Numbered from the stretch's first letter, positions 48,610 to 59,006 are shown. The stretch: DNA of 64,000 nucleotides from Nannocystis bainbridge (GCF_028368995.1 NZ_JAQNDL010000003.1:2240001-2304000); one strand, 5' to 3'. Notes: generated by a model from the letters alone, not told the origin. Program-made: numbers and translations.

Positions 48610-49746
48610 TCACTTCCGCGACCCGGCCATCGCGCGGATGCAGTGCGCGAGCGCCTCGCGGAGCGTCGCGCGGACGGTCAGCCCTGTCGTCTCGAGGCCG
48701 AGGTCCACGATCGTCTGGGCGATGTTCGGGTGGATGCCGGTGACCACGCTCTCGGAGCCGAGCAGGCGGACTGCGCCGACCAGGTCGAGGAGGTGGCCCG
48801 CGGTGCCGGTGTCGACCTCCTCGACGCCCGTGAGGTCGAGGATGGCGAAGCGGGCGCGGGTCTTGGTCACCGCCTGCAGCAGGTTGTCCATCAGCTCGGA
48901 CGCGCGGTTGCTGTCGATCGCGCCGATGATCGGCACAGTCAGCACCCGGTCCCACACCTCGATGATCGGCGTCGAAAGCTGCCGGATCATCTGTTGTTGC
49001 TGCTCGATCTGCAGCAGCTTCTCCCGCAGCGCCTTCTCGCCCTCGCGCTGCTCCGTCACGTTGAGCGACAGCGCCACGATCAGCTCGATCGCCCCGTCGT
49101 CGCCGCGCACCGGGATCATCCAATTTTCGAAGCTCGCCCCGTGCACCTCGGTCGAGGTGTGTTGCAGCGCCCCGTCCAGGGCGGCGTCGAGCGGCTCCGG
49201 CTCGAGGTTCTTGTAGAGCTCGCGGATGTTGCGCCCGACCAGGGCGTGCTGGGGCATGCCGATGCTCTCGAGCCCCTTGCCCCGGTGGTATGTACATAGC
49301 CCGTCGTGCTGCATCGTCCACACGATGATGTTCATGTTCTCGATGATCGCCCGCAGCATCGCCCCCTCGAGGCGGAGCGTCGTGTCGCGGGTGAACCGCT
49401 CGCTGATGTCCTGGCCGTAGCAGGCGGCGGAGACCACCGCGCCGGCGGCGTCGCGCTCGAGCTGGCAGGTCCATTCGCAATGGACCTGAACCCCGTCCTT
49501 GCGCGTGTGCGTGGCCGTCTGCGGGCCGTCCTCGGCGAGGCTGGCCCAGAAGTCGCCCTCGGTCGGCAGCAGCTGCTCGATCGCGGCCCCGAGCGCCTCG
49601 GCGGCCGGCACCGCGAACACCCGGGCGGCGGCGCCGTTCCACACAGTGATCCGCCGCTGGGCGTCGAGCTCGACGGCGATGAACGGCGCACCACGCAGAA
49701 GTCGGGCCTCCCGCGCCTCGGCGGCGGGATCGGAGGAGCTTGCCAT
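48610..49746 (-). CDS. PAS-PAS-STAS protein (RsbR-like), third paralog
   Basis: WNGAAARVF, RKDG..V.CEW, IRQLSTPIIEVWD, ILDLTGVEEVDT. Confidence 0.9.
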   Translation of the reverse strand: MASSSDPAAEAREARLLRGAPFIAVELDAQRRITVWNGAAARVFAVPAAEALGAAIEQLLPTEGDFWASLAEDGPQTATHTRKDGVQVHCEWTCQLERDAAGAVVSAACYGQDISERFTRDTTLRLEGAMLRAIIENMNIIVWTMQHDGLCTYHRGKGLESIGMPQHALVGRNIRELYKNLEPEPLDAALDGALQHTSTEVHGASFENWMIPVRGDDGAIELIVALSLNVTEQREGEKALREKLLQIEQQQQMIRQLSTPIIEVWDRVLTVPIIGAIDSNRASELMDNLLQAVTKTRARFAILDLTGVEEVDTGTAGHLLDLVGAVRLLGSESVVTGIHPNIAQTIVDLGLETTGLTVRATLREALAHCIRAMAGSRK

Positions 49747-49997
49747 TTCATGAGTCAAACACACGCGCGCGCCAACTGTCCACGCGCAAACCATGTGCGG
49801 ACGCCGTCCCGCGCGCCGAGCGAGCGGCCAGATCCGCGCGTCCTGGCGCGAGTGCGGGGTGCAATCATACGACCTGGAATGCGCGCACCGCCCGCCGCCT
49901 ATGTACATTCCCCCATCGCCCGCCGCCTGACGGTCTAATATAAAGAGCGCGCGGTCCGGGGACCGCGCGCTCACGATATCGCCGAAGTCGGCTTCGC

Positions 49998-51548
49998 CTA
50001 CTCGGTGGGCCGCTTGGTCGGCTGCGCGTCCGCGTCGAGCACGACCACGCCGCCGCCGCCGAACAGCTTCTCGGTGGCGATCGCGTCGAGGTCGCCGAGC
50101 ACCTTGCTCGCGTCACCGACGACCAGGACCACGAAGTCCTTGGCGCGCAGGTGCTTCTCGGCCGCCTTGCGGACCGCGGCGATGTCGACCGCGCGCAGGC
50201 GCTTTTGGTAGCCGTCGTACCAGTCGAGCGGCAGGCCGAAGAACTTCAGCTGGCGGAACGCCACCAGCGTCGAGGTCGGCGTGTCGAACTCGGCCGGCAG
50301 CGCCAGCAGGGCGCCTTCTTGCACGCGGAACAGCTCGTCCGCCTTGGCGTCGCTGGTGCGCATCGTAGCGAGCTCCTTGGCGATCTCGCGCAGCGACGGG
50401 CCGGTCGCGTCGGTGCGGACCTGGCTGCTGGCGGCGAACGTGCTGCCGGCGCGGCGATAGCCGAAGCCGGCGCGGCCGCCGTAGGTGTAGCCCTTGTCCT
50501 CGCGCAGGTTCATGTTGATCCGGCTGGAGAACGAGCCGCCGAGGATCTCCGCCATCATGTCGGTCGCCTCGTAGTCGGTCGCGTTGCGCTTGGGCCCCGC
50601 GTGGCCGACGTACACCGACGACTGCGGCGCGTCCTTGACGTGGACGAAGAACACCGAGCCGAGCCGCGGCTTGGCGGCCGCGACGGCGGTCTTGGCCGGC
50701 GCCTTGCCCTTCCACTCCGGCATGCGCGACGCCAGCTCTTGCTTGATCTCGTCCTGGGAGATCTGGCCGACCACCCACAGGCGAGCGCCGCCGGGCTTCA
50801 GCTTGCCGACGACCTTGGCGCAGTCCTTGAGCTGGACCGCGTCGATCGTCTTGTCGGTCTCGAGCCGGCCGTACGGGTGATCGGCGCCCCACAGCAGCGG
50901 CGAGATCACGCGGCCGGCGATCGAGCCCGGGTTGCCCTTGGCCTGCGCGATCGAGGCCTTGCGGCGGTCCTTGAGCCGCTGGAAGTCGGCCTCGCGCATG
51001 CCCGGGTCGCGCAGCATCTCGGCCAGCAGGTCGAGCGCGGCCGGCAGCTCGCGCTTGAGCGAGCGGACGTTGAGGTTCGACGTGTCGGAGCCGGCGCCGG
51101 CGCTGACGCTGACCGCGTGGTCGGCCTGCTTCTCCTCCCACGCGACCTTGTCGAGGTTCTTGGTGCCCTCGTCGAGCAGGTCGAGGCAGATCGAGTGCAG
51201 GCCGATCTGGTTCTTGGGGTCGCTGACGCTGCCGAAATCGAACTCGAAGTTCATGTACACCGTCGGCAGCTTGTCGTTGCGGACGAGGTAGACCTCGAGG
51301 CCGTTGTCGAGCTTGAAGGTCTCGACCTGCGGCAGCTTGAGCTCGGCGACCTGGCCCGGGGTCGGGCGGGTGGCGCGGTACGGCTCGTCGGGCCAGTCGG
51401 CCGGCGGCGGCGCGGCCTCGGTCTGGGACGGCGCGGTCGCTACCGGCGTCGTCGGCTGCTCGGCGGGCGGCTGGCTGGCGGGCTGGGGTTTGCACGCGGC
51501 GACGGCGGCCGACAGTGCGAGGAGGCTCAGCGTAATCGTGGTCTTCAT
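49998..51548 (-). CDS. M16B peptidase, non-catalytic subunit (lipoprotein)
   Basis: Lipobox VAAC; LDNGL, HPYGR, ILGGSFSSRINMNLREDKGYTYG; lacks HxxEH. Confidence 0.9.
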   Translation of the reverse strand: MKTTITLSLLALSAAVAACKPQPASQPPAEQPTTPVATAPSQTEAAPPPADWPDEPYRATRPTPGQVAELKLPQVETFKLDNGLEVYLVRNDKLPTVYMNFEFDFGSVSDPKNQIGLHSICLDLLDEGTKNLDKVAWEEKQADHAVSVSAGAGSDTSNLNVRSLKRELPAALDLLAEMLRDPGMREADFQRLKDRRKASIAQAKGNPGSIAGRVISPLLWGADHPYGRLETDKTIDAVQLKDCAKVVGKLKPGGARLWVVGQISQDEIKQELASRMPEWKGKAPAKTAVAAAKPRLGSVFFVHVKDAPQSSVYVGHAGPKRNATDYEATDMMAEILGGSFSSRINMNLREDKGYTYGGRAGFGYRRAGSTFAASSQVRTDATGPSLREIAKELATMRTSDAKADELFRVQEGALLALPAEFDTPTSTLVAFRQLKFFGLPLDWYDGYQKRLRAVDIAAVRKAAEKHLRAKDFVVLVVGDASKVLGDLDAIATEKLFGGGGVVVLDADAQPTKRPTE

Positions 51549-51549
51549 G

Positions 51550-53109
51550 TCAGCCCTCCTTCGCGGCGGCGGCGGCGTCCGCCGGCTTGTCCGTGGCTGC
51601 GGGCTTCTTCGGCTTCGGCGCCGGCTTGGCCCCCGCGTCGGCCCCGGCGGCGTCCGGCTTGGCGGCGGCCGGCTTCTTCGCGGCTGTCCCTTCGGACTTG
51701 ACCGAAGCGCCAGGTCCCTTCGGACCTGTCCCTTCGGGCGGGCCCGCGGCCGGCGCGGCCGGCTTCGAAAGGATCTCCGCGTGCGGCTTGACCAGCCACT
51801 GGTTCGCCACCTCGCGCACCCGCTGCGGCGTGACCGCGCGCAGCCGCTGCAGGTAGGTGTTGGCGTAGCCGGGGTCGCGGGCGTAGTGGTTGAAGTACTG
51901 CAGCCGCTCGACGCGGCCCATCACGTCCTCGAGGCCCCACACGAACGCCGACTCGGTGCCGATGACGACGCGCTTGAGCTCGGCGTCGCTGACCGGCTCG
52001 CGGAGGACCCGCTCGAGCTCGCGGCGGATCGTCAGCTCGGCCTTGACCGGGTCCTGGCCCGGCTTGAGGTCGACGATCACGTGGAACGTGCCGGAGTGCC
52101 CGGCGCCGCCCTGGTAGGCCGACACCGACTGGGCGCTCTTGTCCTCGAGCACCAGCGCCTTGTAGAGGCGACCCCAGCCGGGCGAGCCGAGCACGTCGGC
52201 CAGCACCTCGAGCTCGATGTCACCGCCGCCGAGGCGGGGCGGGCTGTGCCACGCGTAGTGGATGCGGTACAGGCGGGCGAACGGGTCGTCGAGCTCGCGG
52301 CGGACCGTCTGCGTCAGCGCCGGCGCGGCGACCTTCGGGTGGGCCGGCACCGGCAGCGTCGGGAAGCTGCCGAACCACTTCTGGACCAGCGCCTTGGCCT
52401 GCTCCGGCTCGAAGTCGCCGGCGATCGTCAGGGTCGCGTTGCTCGGCACGTACCACTTGCGGAAGAAGCCCTGCACGTCGGCGACGCTGGCGGCCTCGAG
52501 GTCCTCGTGGCGACCGATCGTCAGATAGCGGTACGGGTGGCCTTCGGGGTACAGCGCCTCGGCGACGGCGAACCGCTCGCGGCCGTAGGGCACGTTGTCG
52601 TAGCGCTGGCGCCGCTCGTTGCGGACCACGTCGCGCTGGTTGGCCAGGCTCTTCTCGTCGAGCAGGTCGAGCATGTAGCCCATGCGATCCGACTCGAGCC
52701 ACAGCGCCGTCTCGAGCTGGTGGCTGGGCACCACCTCGAAGTAATTGGTGCGATCCGAATTGGTGGTACCGTTGATTCCGGTGCCGCCGATCTCCTGCAG
52801 GATCTTGAAGTGCACGTCGTTGCCGATGTGCTTGGCGCCCTGGAACATCATGTGTTCGAACAGGTGGGCAAAGCCGCTCTTGCCGGGCGTCTCGTCGCCG
52901 CTGCCGACGTGGTACCAGAGATTGGCGACCACCAGCGGCGCAGCGGAGTCGCGGTGCAAGATCACCTCGAGGCCGTTGGGCAGGACGTAGCGTTCATAGG
53001 GGATGTCGACCCCTGGCGAATCCGCGGCGGGCTTCGCAGGCGCCGCCTGGACGGGGGCCGCAGCCGCAAGAAGCAGCGCGAGCGGCAAGAGCAGGTGCCG
53101 TGTGGCCAT
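51550..53109 (-). CDS. M16B zinc peptidase, catalytic subunit
   Basis: LPNGL, GFAHLFEHMMF (HxxEH), LESDRM, VVRNERR, HPY. Confidence 0.93.
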   Translation of the reverse strand: MATRHLLLPLALLLAAAAPVQAAPAKPAADSPGVDIPYERYVLPNGLEVILHRDSAAPLVVANLWYHVGSGDETPGKSGFAHLFEHMMFQGAKHIGNDVHFKILQEIGGTGINGTTNSDRTNYFEVVPSHQLETALWLESDRMGYMLDLLDEKSLANQRDVVRNERRQRYDNVPYGRERFAVAEALYPEGHPYRYLTIGRHEDLEAASVADVQGFFRKWYVPSNATLTIAGDFEPEQAKALVQKWFGSFPTLPVPAHPKVAAPALTQTVRRELDDPFARLYRIHYAWHSPPRLGGGDIELEVLADVLGSPGWGRLYKALVLEDKSAQSVSAYQGGAGHSGTFHVIVDLKPGQDPVKAELTIRRELERVLREPVSDAELKRVVIGTESAFVWGLEDVMGRVERLQYFNHYARDPGYANTYLQRLRAVTPQRVREVANQWLVKPHAEILSKPAAPAAGPPEGTGPKGPGASVKSEGTAAKKPAAAKPDAAGADAGAKPAPKPKKPAATDKPADAAAAAKEG

Positions 53110-53342
53110 TTTTTCTCCTCATAAGCCTTTTCGCGCATCGCCCGGCCGACCGCAAGAGCAAACGCGGCTCACGGGCGGCGCGGCCGCGGCGACCTTCCTC
53201 GCGCCGGGCCGGCGAAACCACCGTGACGCCGGCGCTGCGGCAGCGGCCGATCTCGTGCCAGGCGCGGCGCCTCGCCAATCGTACGTTGTTACGCTCGCGG
53301 GTCGGACTCGGGCCGCCGGTCCGCGCGTAGTGGCTTTCCGAC

Positions 53343-53921
53343 ATGCGCCGTCGTCCCTTGCTCGCCGCAGCCTGCAGCTTCTTGGTCCCGACCCGCGCGC
53401 TGGCGCGGCCGCCCGCGGTCGACGTCGCGGCCAGCAACGCCGAGCTGTTCGCGCGCCTTCGCGCCCCCGGCGCCCCGCTGCGGGACTGGCAGTGGATCGT
53501 CGTGCATCACACCGCGGCCGAGTGGGCGACGCTCGAGGGCATCGACCGCTACCACCGCAAGCGCTTCGGCGACCCGCTCGGCGCCGAGTATCACTTCGTG
53601 ATCCACAACGGCAAGAAGCGGCCCGCGGGGCTCGTCGAGGCCGCGCGCTGGCGCTACCAGGAGCCCGCCGCCCACCTCTTCAAGCCCGAGAACGCCCCCG
53701 CCTCGATCGCCGTGTGCCTGATCGGCAACTTCGAGGAGCGGCCGCTGCCCGCGCCCATGCTCGGCGCCCTCGTCGACCTCACCGTCGCCCTCATGCGCGA
53801 CTGCTCCATCCCCGCAGAGCGCGTCAGCACCCACCGCGTCGTCGACGACAAGCTGACCCAGTGCCCTGGCAAGCAGTTCCCGCGGGCCGAGTATTTGCGG
53901 CGGATCGGCGCAGGGACATGA
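53343..53921 (+). CDS. N-acetylmuramoyl-L-alanine amidase (Amidase_2/PGRP-like)
   Basis: IVVHHTA, YHFVI, AVCLIGNF, HR.V....T.CPG. Confidence 0.88.
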   Translation: MRRRPLLAAACSFLVPTRALARPPAVDVAASNAELFARLRAPGAPLRDWQWIVVHHTAAEWATLEGIDRYHRKRFGDPLGAEYHFVIHNGKKRPAGLVEAARWRYQEPAAHLFKPENAPASIAVCLIGNFEERPLPAPMLGALVDLTVALMRDCSIPAERVSTHRVVDDKLTQCPGKQFPRAEYLRRIGAGT

Positions 53922-53958
53922 CCCTTCGGACAGGTCACCGTCGAGCCGCGTTCGCCCC

Positions 53959-55368
53959 GTGATACAGTCCGCGGCGATGCTCGGATCGCTCCGCACCGCC
54001 CTCGTCCGCGCCACCGATCGCGCCGCCATTCGTATGACCGGCGGGGTGCGGCGGCCGGGCGAGCCGCCGATCGTGCGCGCGCGGCTGCCCTTCCTCGGCC
54101 ACGCGCTGGCGATGGGGCGCGACCTCACCGCCCTCCTGCGCGCGTGTCAGCGCCAGCACGGCGATGTCTTCACCCTGCTGGTCGCGGGTCAGCGCATGCA
54201 CTTCGTGCTCGACCCGCTGAGCTTCCCGCTGGTGCTCAAGGCGCAGGACAACCTGACCTTCCACGAGATCGGCCAGGAGATCGGCACACGCGCGTTCGGC
54301 TACACCTCGCCGCCGCCCGGCCGCGATTACGACGAGCTCGAGAGCTACTACGGCGAGCACCTCAAGAACGCCGCGCTCGGCCCGCTGACCGCGCGCATGG
54401 AGGAGCGGCTGCGGATCGCCTTCGACCGCTTCACCGGCGACGACTGGCGCGAGGAGGGGCTGTTCGACTTCAGCGCCCGGGTGATCTTCGCCGCCGGCAT
54501 GGAGACCCTTTACGGCGAGGGCATCGCCGACGACGCCGCCGTCCGCGACTTCCAGCGCATCGACAAGTGGTTCCCGCTGCTGGCTGCCGGCGCGCCCGCG
54601 GCCGCGTTCCCCGGCCTCCTGCGCGCGCGTGGACGGCTGCTCGTGCGCGTCGATCGCATGCGCCCCGACGCCAGCCCCTTCATCCGCGCCCGCGACCTCT
54701 TGTTGGGAAAGATCACCACCCCGCGCAATCGCCGGCACCTGCAGGCCGCGATGGTCTGGGCCTCGCAGGCCAACACCTTGCCGGCGGCATTCTGGGCTCT
54801 GGCCCATCTGCTCACCGATCCGCCCGGCCGCGCCGCCGTGGTCGCCGAGGTCGAGCAGCGCGGCTTCTCCGACCTCAAGCGCCTGCCCCAATTGTTCAGC
54901 AGCATCTGCGAGACGCTGCGGCTGTGCAGCGAATCCTTGACGATCCGGCTGGTCCACCGCGACTGCGAGCTGACTCTGGCCGACGGCAGCAGCATCACCC
55001 TGCGCGCCGGCGACCGGGTCGCGCTGTGCCCGCAAGTGGCCCACCGCGATCCGGAGATCTTCGCCGACCCGGAGCGCTTCCAATTCGACCGTTTCCTGTC
55101 CGACACCGGCGGCCCGCGGCAATTTTTGAAGGGTGGCCAGCGTGTACCGATCCCCCTGATGCCCTACGGCGGCGGCGTCAGCATGTGTCCTGGCCGCTTC
55201 CTCGCCAACAACGAGGTCATGCAATTCGCCGGGCTCGCGCTCACGCAACTCGACATCGAGCTGCTCGAGCAGGAGTTGCCCCCGGTCGACAAGACCCGCG
55301 CCGGCCTCGGCGTGCTGTCCCCGACCCGCGATGTGCGCTGCCGGATCCGCCGCCGCCCGCGCGCCTGA
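53959..55368 (+). CDS. Cytochrome P450 resembling eukaryotic CYP7/CYP8 clan
   Basis: RRPGEPP, WASQANTLPAAFW (I-helix), ETLR, DPEIFADPERFQFDRF, MPYGGGVSMCPGRF, RAGLGVL.P; start could be 53977. Confidence 0.9.
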   Translation: MIQSAAMLGSLRTALVRATDRAAIRMTGGVRRPGEPPIVRARLPFLGHALAMGRDLTALLRACQRQHGDVFTLLVAGQRMHFVLDPLSFPLVLKAQDNLTFHEIGQEIGTRAFGYTSPPPGRDYDELESYYGEHLKNAALGPLTARMEERLRIAFDRFTGDDWREEGLFDFSARVIFAAGMETLYGEGIADDAAVRDFQRIDKWFPLLAAGAPAAAFPGLLRARGRLLVRVDRMRPDASPFIRARDLLLGKITTPRNRRHLQAAMVWASQANTLPAAFWALAHLLTDPPGRAAVVAEVEQRGFSDLKRLPQLFSSICETLRLCSESLTIRLVHRDCELTLADGSSITLRAGDRVALCPQVAHRDPEIFADPERFQFDRFLSDTGGPRQFLKGGQRVPIPLMPYGGGVSMCPGRFLANNEVMQFAGLALTQLDIELLEQELPPVDKTRAGLGVLSPTRDVRCRIRRRPRA

Positions 55369-55571
55369 TCCTCATTTCTTGACCTCGATGGTTCGCGGCT
55401 TCATTTCTGCTGGCACGACCCGACCCGAGTTTTTTAAATCTGTCCTCAAGGACATCTCATGACAATCGCGCCGACTGAACGTCAGCGACCCTGACCGGGG
55501 CGAGGGGTTATTCGCCGGGCCAGGGTCTCGACAGGACTTTCAAGGCGGACGCTCTCGATCTGCCACGGCGA

Positions 55572-56165
55572 TCACGTGCCGGGCTTGGCGGCCAGGGCCG
55601 ACGGCGGCGGCTCAGTCTTGACGCGGGCGACCTGGGCGCAGTTGAGCTCGCAGGTGGCCTGGTCGGTGGCGCGCACGCTCTTGTGGTTGTGACACTGCTT
55701 GACGCACGTCTCGAGCTGCGTGAACACCTTGTCGGGCAGCGGCGACGAAGTCTGCGCTGCCATCGTCTTGCACGAGCTGTTGCACGCGGCGTCGTCGCTG
55801 CCCGAGCAGCGGCCGAGGCACTCGGTGGCCTGGGCGATCTCGTCGCGGTCTTCGGCGGTCACGGCGCCGCGGGCCTCTGCGCCGTAAGCCGTCTCGCAGT
55901 TGAGGCTGCAGGTCTTTTGGTCGGTCTTCGCATTCACGTCGTCGCACGAGGTAAGACACTCGGAGAGGCTGGAGAACGTGCGGCCGCTGCTGCTCGCCGC
56001 GGCGAAGTCGGGCGCCACGACCACCGGCGTGGTCGCCAGCTTGCGTTCGGGCGCGGCCCGATCCTTGGCCGTGGGGGCGGCCACGACCTCCTTCTTGAGG
56101 AACTCCTGCTGGTCGCAACCGACGGCCAGCGCGAGGACGATGAGGAGCTTGGTCGCGTGATTCAT
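55572..56165 (-). CDS. Helical lipoprotein with six CxxxC motifs
   Basis: Lipobox AVGC; CLTSC, CSLNC, CLGRC, CNSSC, CVKQC, CELNC. Confidence 0.8.
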   Translation of the reverse strand: MNHATKLLIVLALAVGCDQQEFLKKEVVAAPTAKDRAAPERKLATTPVVVAPDFAAASSSGRTFSSLSECLTSCDDVNAKTDQKTCSLNCETAYGAEARGAVTAEDRDEIAQATECLGRCSGSDDAACNSSCKTMAAQTSSPLPDKVFTQLETCVKQCHNHKSVRATDQATCELNCAQVARVKTEPPPSALAAKPGT

Positions 56166-56695
56166 GGCGTTCGTTCCTTTCGAAGCCCTCCATCGACGGG
56201 GGGTGCTCAAACCCTGTGCGAGGCGGCGACTGTCGACCTGTGGCGGCCCTGCAACCCCACCACGACCACGAATCGCGCCCTGCCGATTGATCACACCAGC
56301 GAGCCGCGCAAATTGCGCATCGACGAATATCCCACTCTCTCGTCAATCACAGCAGATCGTACTCCCTGCGCCCGCGCCCGGCCGAGCCCGCCGCCCGCAT
56401 CGCATCCATGTCTCCCGGCACATGGCCTTTTCACCAGGTCACGACCAACTGCGACTGCCCTCAATCGCCGAGCGACCTGGACCGTGCGCGGGTCCTTCTG
56501 CGATCGCGCAATGACTCCAGGAGTCGACGTCGAACCGCGACCGGCAGCGCCTGATTCGATCGTGCATGCGCCGCCCGATACGCCGCCTCGGCGGCCACGC
56601 CGACGACGAGCCCGGCGCAGACTCGACGATCTCTCCGCCGTGCGGAGGGCTTCAGCCTTCGCCGCTGCGCCGACGCCCCGGAGCCGCGATTCGCC

Positions 56696-58141
56696 TCACC
56701 CGCCGCCGGGCGCGCCCGCGGCGGCCTTGCCCGCACCTGTCTTTGCGGACATCTGACTGCGCAGGTCGAGCAGCGCCGTGCGCAGGCCCTCCTCTACCAC
56801 CGGGTGGTAGAACGGCAGGCGCAGCGCCTGCTCGACCGTCAGCGAGCTCTGGATCGCCCACGCCAGCAGGTGCGCCAGGTGTTCGCCGGCGGGCCCCGCC
56901 AATTCGGCCCCGAGCAGCGCCCCGGTCGCGTCCGAGCCGTACACGCGCAGCAGCCCGTGGTTCTTGCCCATCACCCGCGCGCGGCCCTGGTCGCCGAAGT
57001 CGACCTGGCCGATCGAGCAGGTCGCCAGGTCGAGCGAATTGAACCGGCGGCCGACGAACGCCACCTGCGGGTCGGTGAACACGATCCCGAGCGGCGTGCG
57101 GCGCTCGCCCGGCAGCACCGTCGGGAACGACGCCGCGTTGCGCCCGGCGATCTGGCCGTCGTCGATCGCCTCGTGCAGCAGCGGGTGCAGCCCGGTCGCG
57201 TCGCCGGCCAGGAACACCGGCGCCTCGCCGCACTGCAGCGTGGTCGCGTCGAGCTCGCGCGGCCGGCCCTTGTCGTCGAGCTCGACGCCCGCGCGCTCCA
57301 GCTCGAGCCCTTTCAGCCGCGGCTCGCGGCCGGTCGCCGCCAGCACCATCGGCCATGTCCCTTCGGACACCTCGCCGTCCTCGCCGCGAAACCTGACCCA
57401 CACCCCGTCGACCCGCGCCTCGGCCGCCTCGAGCTTCGAGCGGGTGTGCAGCGTCATCTCGCGCGCCAGCCCGGACTTGGCCGCCGCCAGCACCGCCGGG
57501 TCGCGGATGCCGGCCACCTTGCCGTCGGCGCAAATCACCGTCACGCGCGCCCCGAGCCGCGCCAGCGCCTGCCCGAGCTCGACCCCGATCGGCCCCGCGC
57601 CGACCACCAGCAGGCGCTCGGGGATCGCCTCGAGCTCGAACACCTGGTCCGAGTCGATCACCCGCGGCGACTCCAGCTTCGCCAGCAGCGGCGGCACCTT
57701 CACCACCGACCCCGTCGCCACCACCACCGCCTTGCGCGCCTTGACCCGCAGGTCATCGCCGACCGCGAGCTCGTTCGTCGCCACGAAGCGGGCTCGACCG
57801 TCGATGAGCAGCCCGTTCGCGGCGAGCCGACGGACCTCCTTCAACTGATACTCGACGAAGCGGTCGCGCTCGCGGCGGACGCGGCCCATCACCTCGCCGG
57901 GGACCACGCGCGGCTCGCCCGCGTGCACGCCGAAGCGCTTGGCCTCGCGGACCGCGTGCGCCGCCTCGCCGGCCGCGATCAGCAGCTTCGAGGGCATGCA
58001 GCCGACCCGCGCGCACAGGGTCCCGAGCGGCCCCGGATCGATCGCCACCGCCTGCGCCCCCGCCTTCTCCGCCGCTCGCCGGGCGTTGAGCCCCGCCGTC
58101 CCCACGCCGATCACCGCGACATCGACCGTCTGCTCGCGCAT
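56696..58141 (-). CDS. Pyridine nucleotide-disulfide oxidoreductase (dihydrolipoyl dehydrogenase-like)
   Basis: GVGTAG, CARVGCMPSK, GAGPIGVE, FTDPQ, FYHPVVEEG. Confidence 0.92.
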   Translation of the reverse strand: MREQTVDVAVIGVGTAGLNARRAAEKAGAQAVAIDPGPLGTLCARVGCMPSKLLIAAGEAAHAVREAKRFGVHAGEPRVVPGEVMGRVRRERDRFVEYQLKEVRRLAANGLLIDGRARFVATNELAVGDDLRVKARKAVVVATGSVVKVPPLLAKLESPRVIDSDQVFELEAIPERLLVVGAGPIGVELGQALARLGARVTVICADGKVAGIRDPAVLAAAKSGLAREMTLHTRSKLEAAEARVDGVWVRFRGEDGEVSEGTWPMVLAATGREPRLKGLELERAGVELDDKGRPRELDATTLQCGEAPVFLAGDATGLHPLLHEAIDDGQIAGRNAASFPTVLPGERRTPLGIVFTDPQVAFVGRRFNSLDLATCSIGQVDFGDQGRARVMGKNHGLLRVYGSDATGALLGAELAGPAGEHLAHLLAWAIQSSLTVEQALRLPFYHPVVEEGLRTALLDLRSQMSAKTGAGKAAAGAPGGG

Positions 58142-58199
58142 GGCGGAACTATAGCCAAGACTTGCCGCGGGGCGCGTCCGCGCGATTGTGCGCCACGGC

Positions 58200-59006
58200 T
58201 CAGCCCGGATGCACCCCGCGTCCGCCGGCGCGCCTGACCTTTTCGACCTGTGTCTTCGGACCTGTCTCTTGGATCATGTCGCTCAGCGGACACGCGCCGA
58301 GCCTGGCCAGGTCGGCCGCGGCCGCCTCGGCCCAGCCGCTGTTGGCGAGCGGCGACGCCGGGCTCGGATGAAGGATCTTGCCGATCTTGGCCCGCGCGCC
58401 GACGACCTTCTGCGCCCGCTTCTCGGCCCACGCGCCGATGCCGACGACCCATGTCGGCTCGAGCAGCTCGACCAGGCGCAGCAGGTGGCGGTCGCACGCG
58501 GCCTCGAGCGGCGCGCGCTCGCCCGCGGGCAGCTTGTCGGGCGTGAAGTTCTTGCCGCTCGCCTCGATGAAGGTCAGCGGGCAGTAATTGGCGACGTAAT
58601 GGCGGTTGAAGAACCGCTCCGCGGCGCCCCATCGCTGGGCCACCGCGCCCCACAGGCGCGAGCCGCTGACCTCCGCGCGCGTGCACGCGAACCCTTGCAC
58701 CGGCCGCTCCGGGTGCTCGTGAGCGGGCCGCGACACCGGCGCCTCGATCTTCAAGAAGTCGCGCACCGCCTTGACCTCGCCGAACGGCACCCCCGTCTGC
58801 GTCATCCCGAACGGCCCCGGGTTCATGCCGAGGAACACGATGTCCTTGCGCCCGCGCCCGTACGCGGCGATGTACGCGGCGTGAGGCGCCCACGCGTAGT
58901 CGAGCGGGTGATACACGTGGGTGATCGGCTCGGCGAACGAGAGGCTGCGCACCTCGTCCGCGAGCCTTCTGGCTGCGGCCTGCAGCTCGGCGGCGATCGT
59001 CGTCAT
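58200..59006 (-). CDS. SMUG1-type (family 3) uracil-DNA glycosylase
   Basis: GMNPGPFGMTQTGVPFGEV, EVSG.RLW, NYCPL, LHPSPASP. Confidence 0.92.
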   Translation of the reverse strand: MTTIAAELQAAARRLADEVRSLSFAEPITHVYHPLDYAWAPHAAYIAAYGRGRKDIVFLGMNPGPFGMTQTGVPFGEVKAVRDFLKIEAPVSRPAHEHPERPVQGFACTRAEVSGSRLWGAVAQRWGAAERFFNRHYVANYCPLTFIEASGKNFTPDKLPAGERAPLEAACDRHLLRLVELLEPTWVVGIGAWAEKRAQKVVGARAKIGKILHPSPASPLANSGWAEAAAADLARLGACPLSDMIQETGPKTQVEKVRRAGGRGVHPG

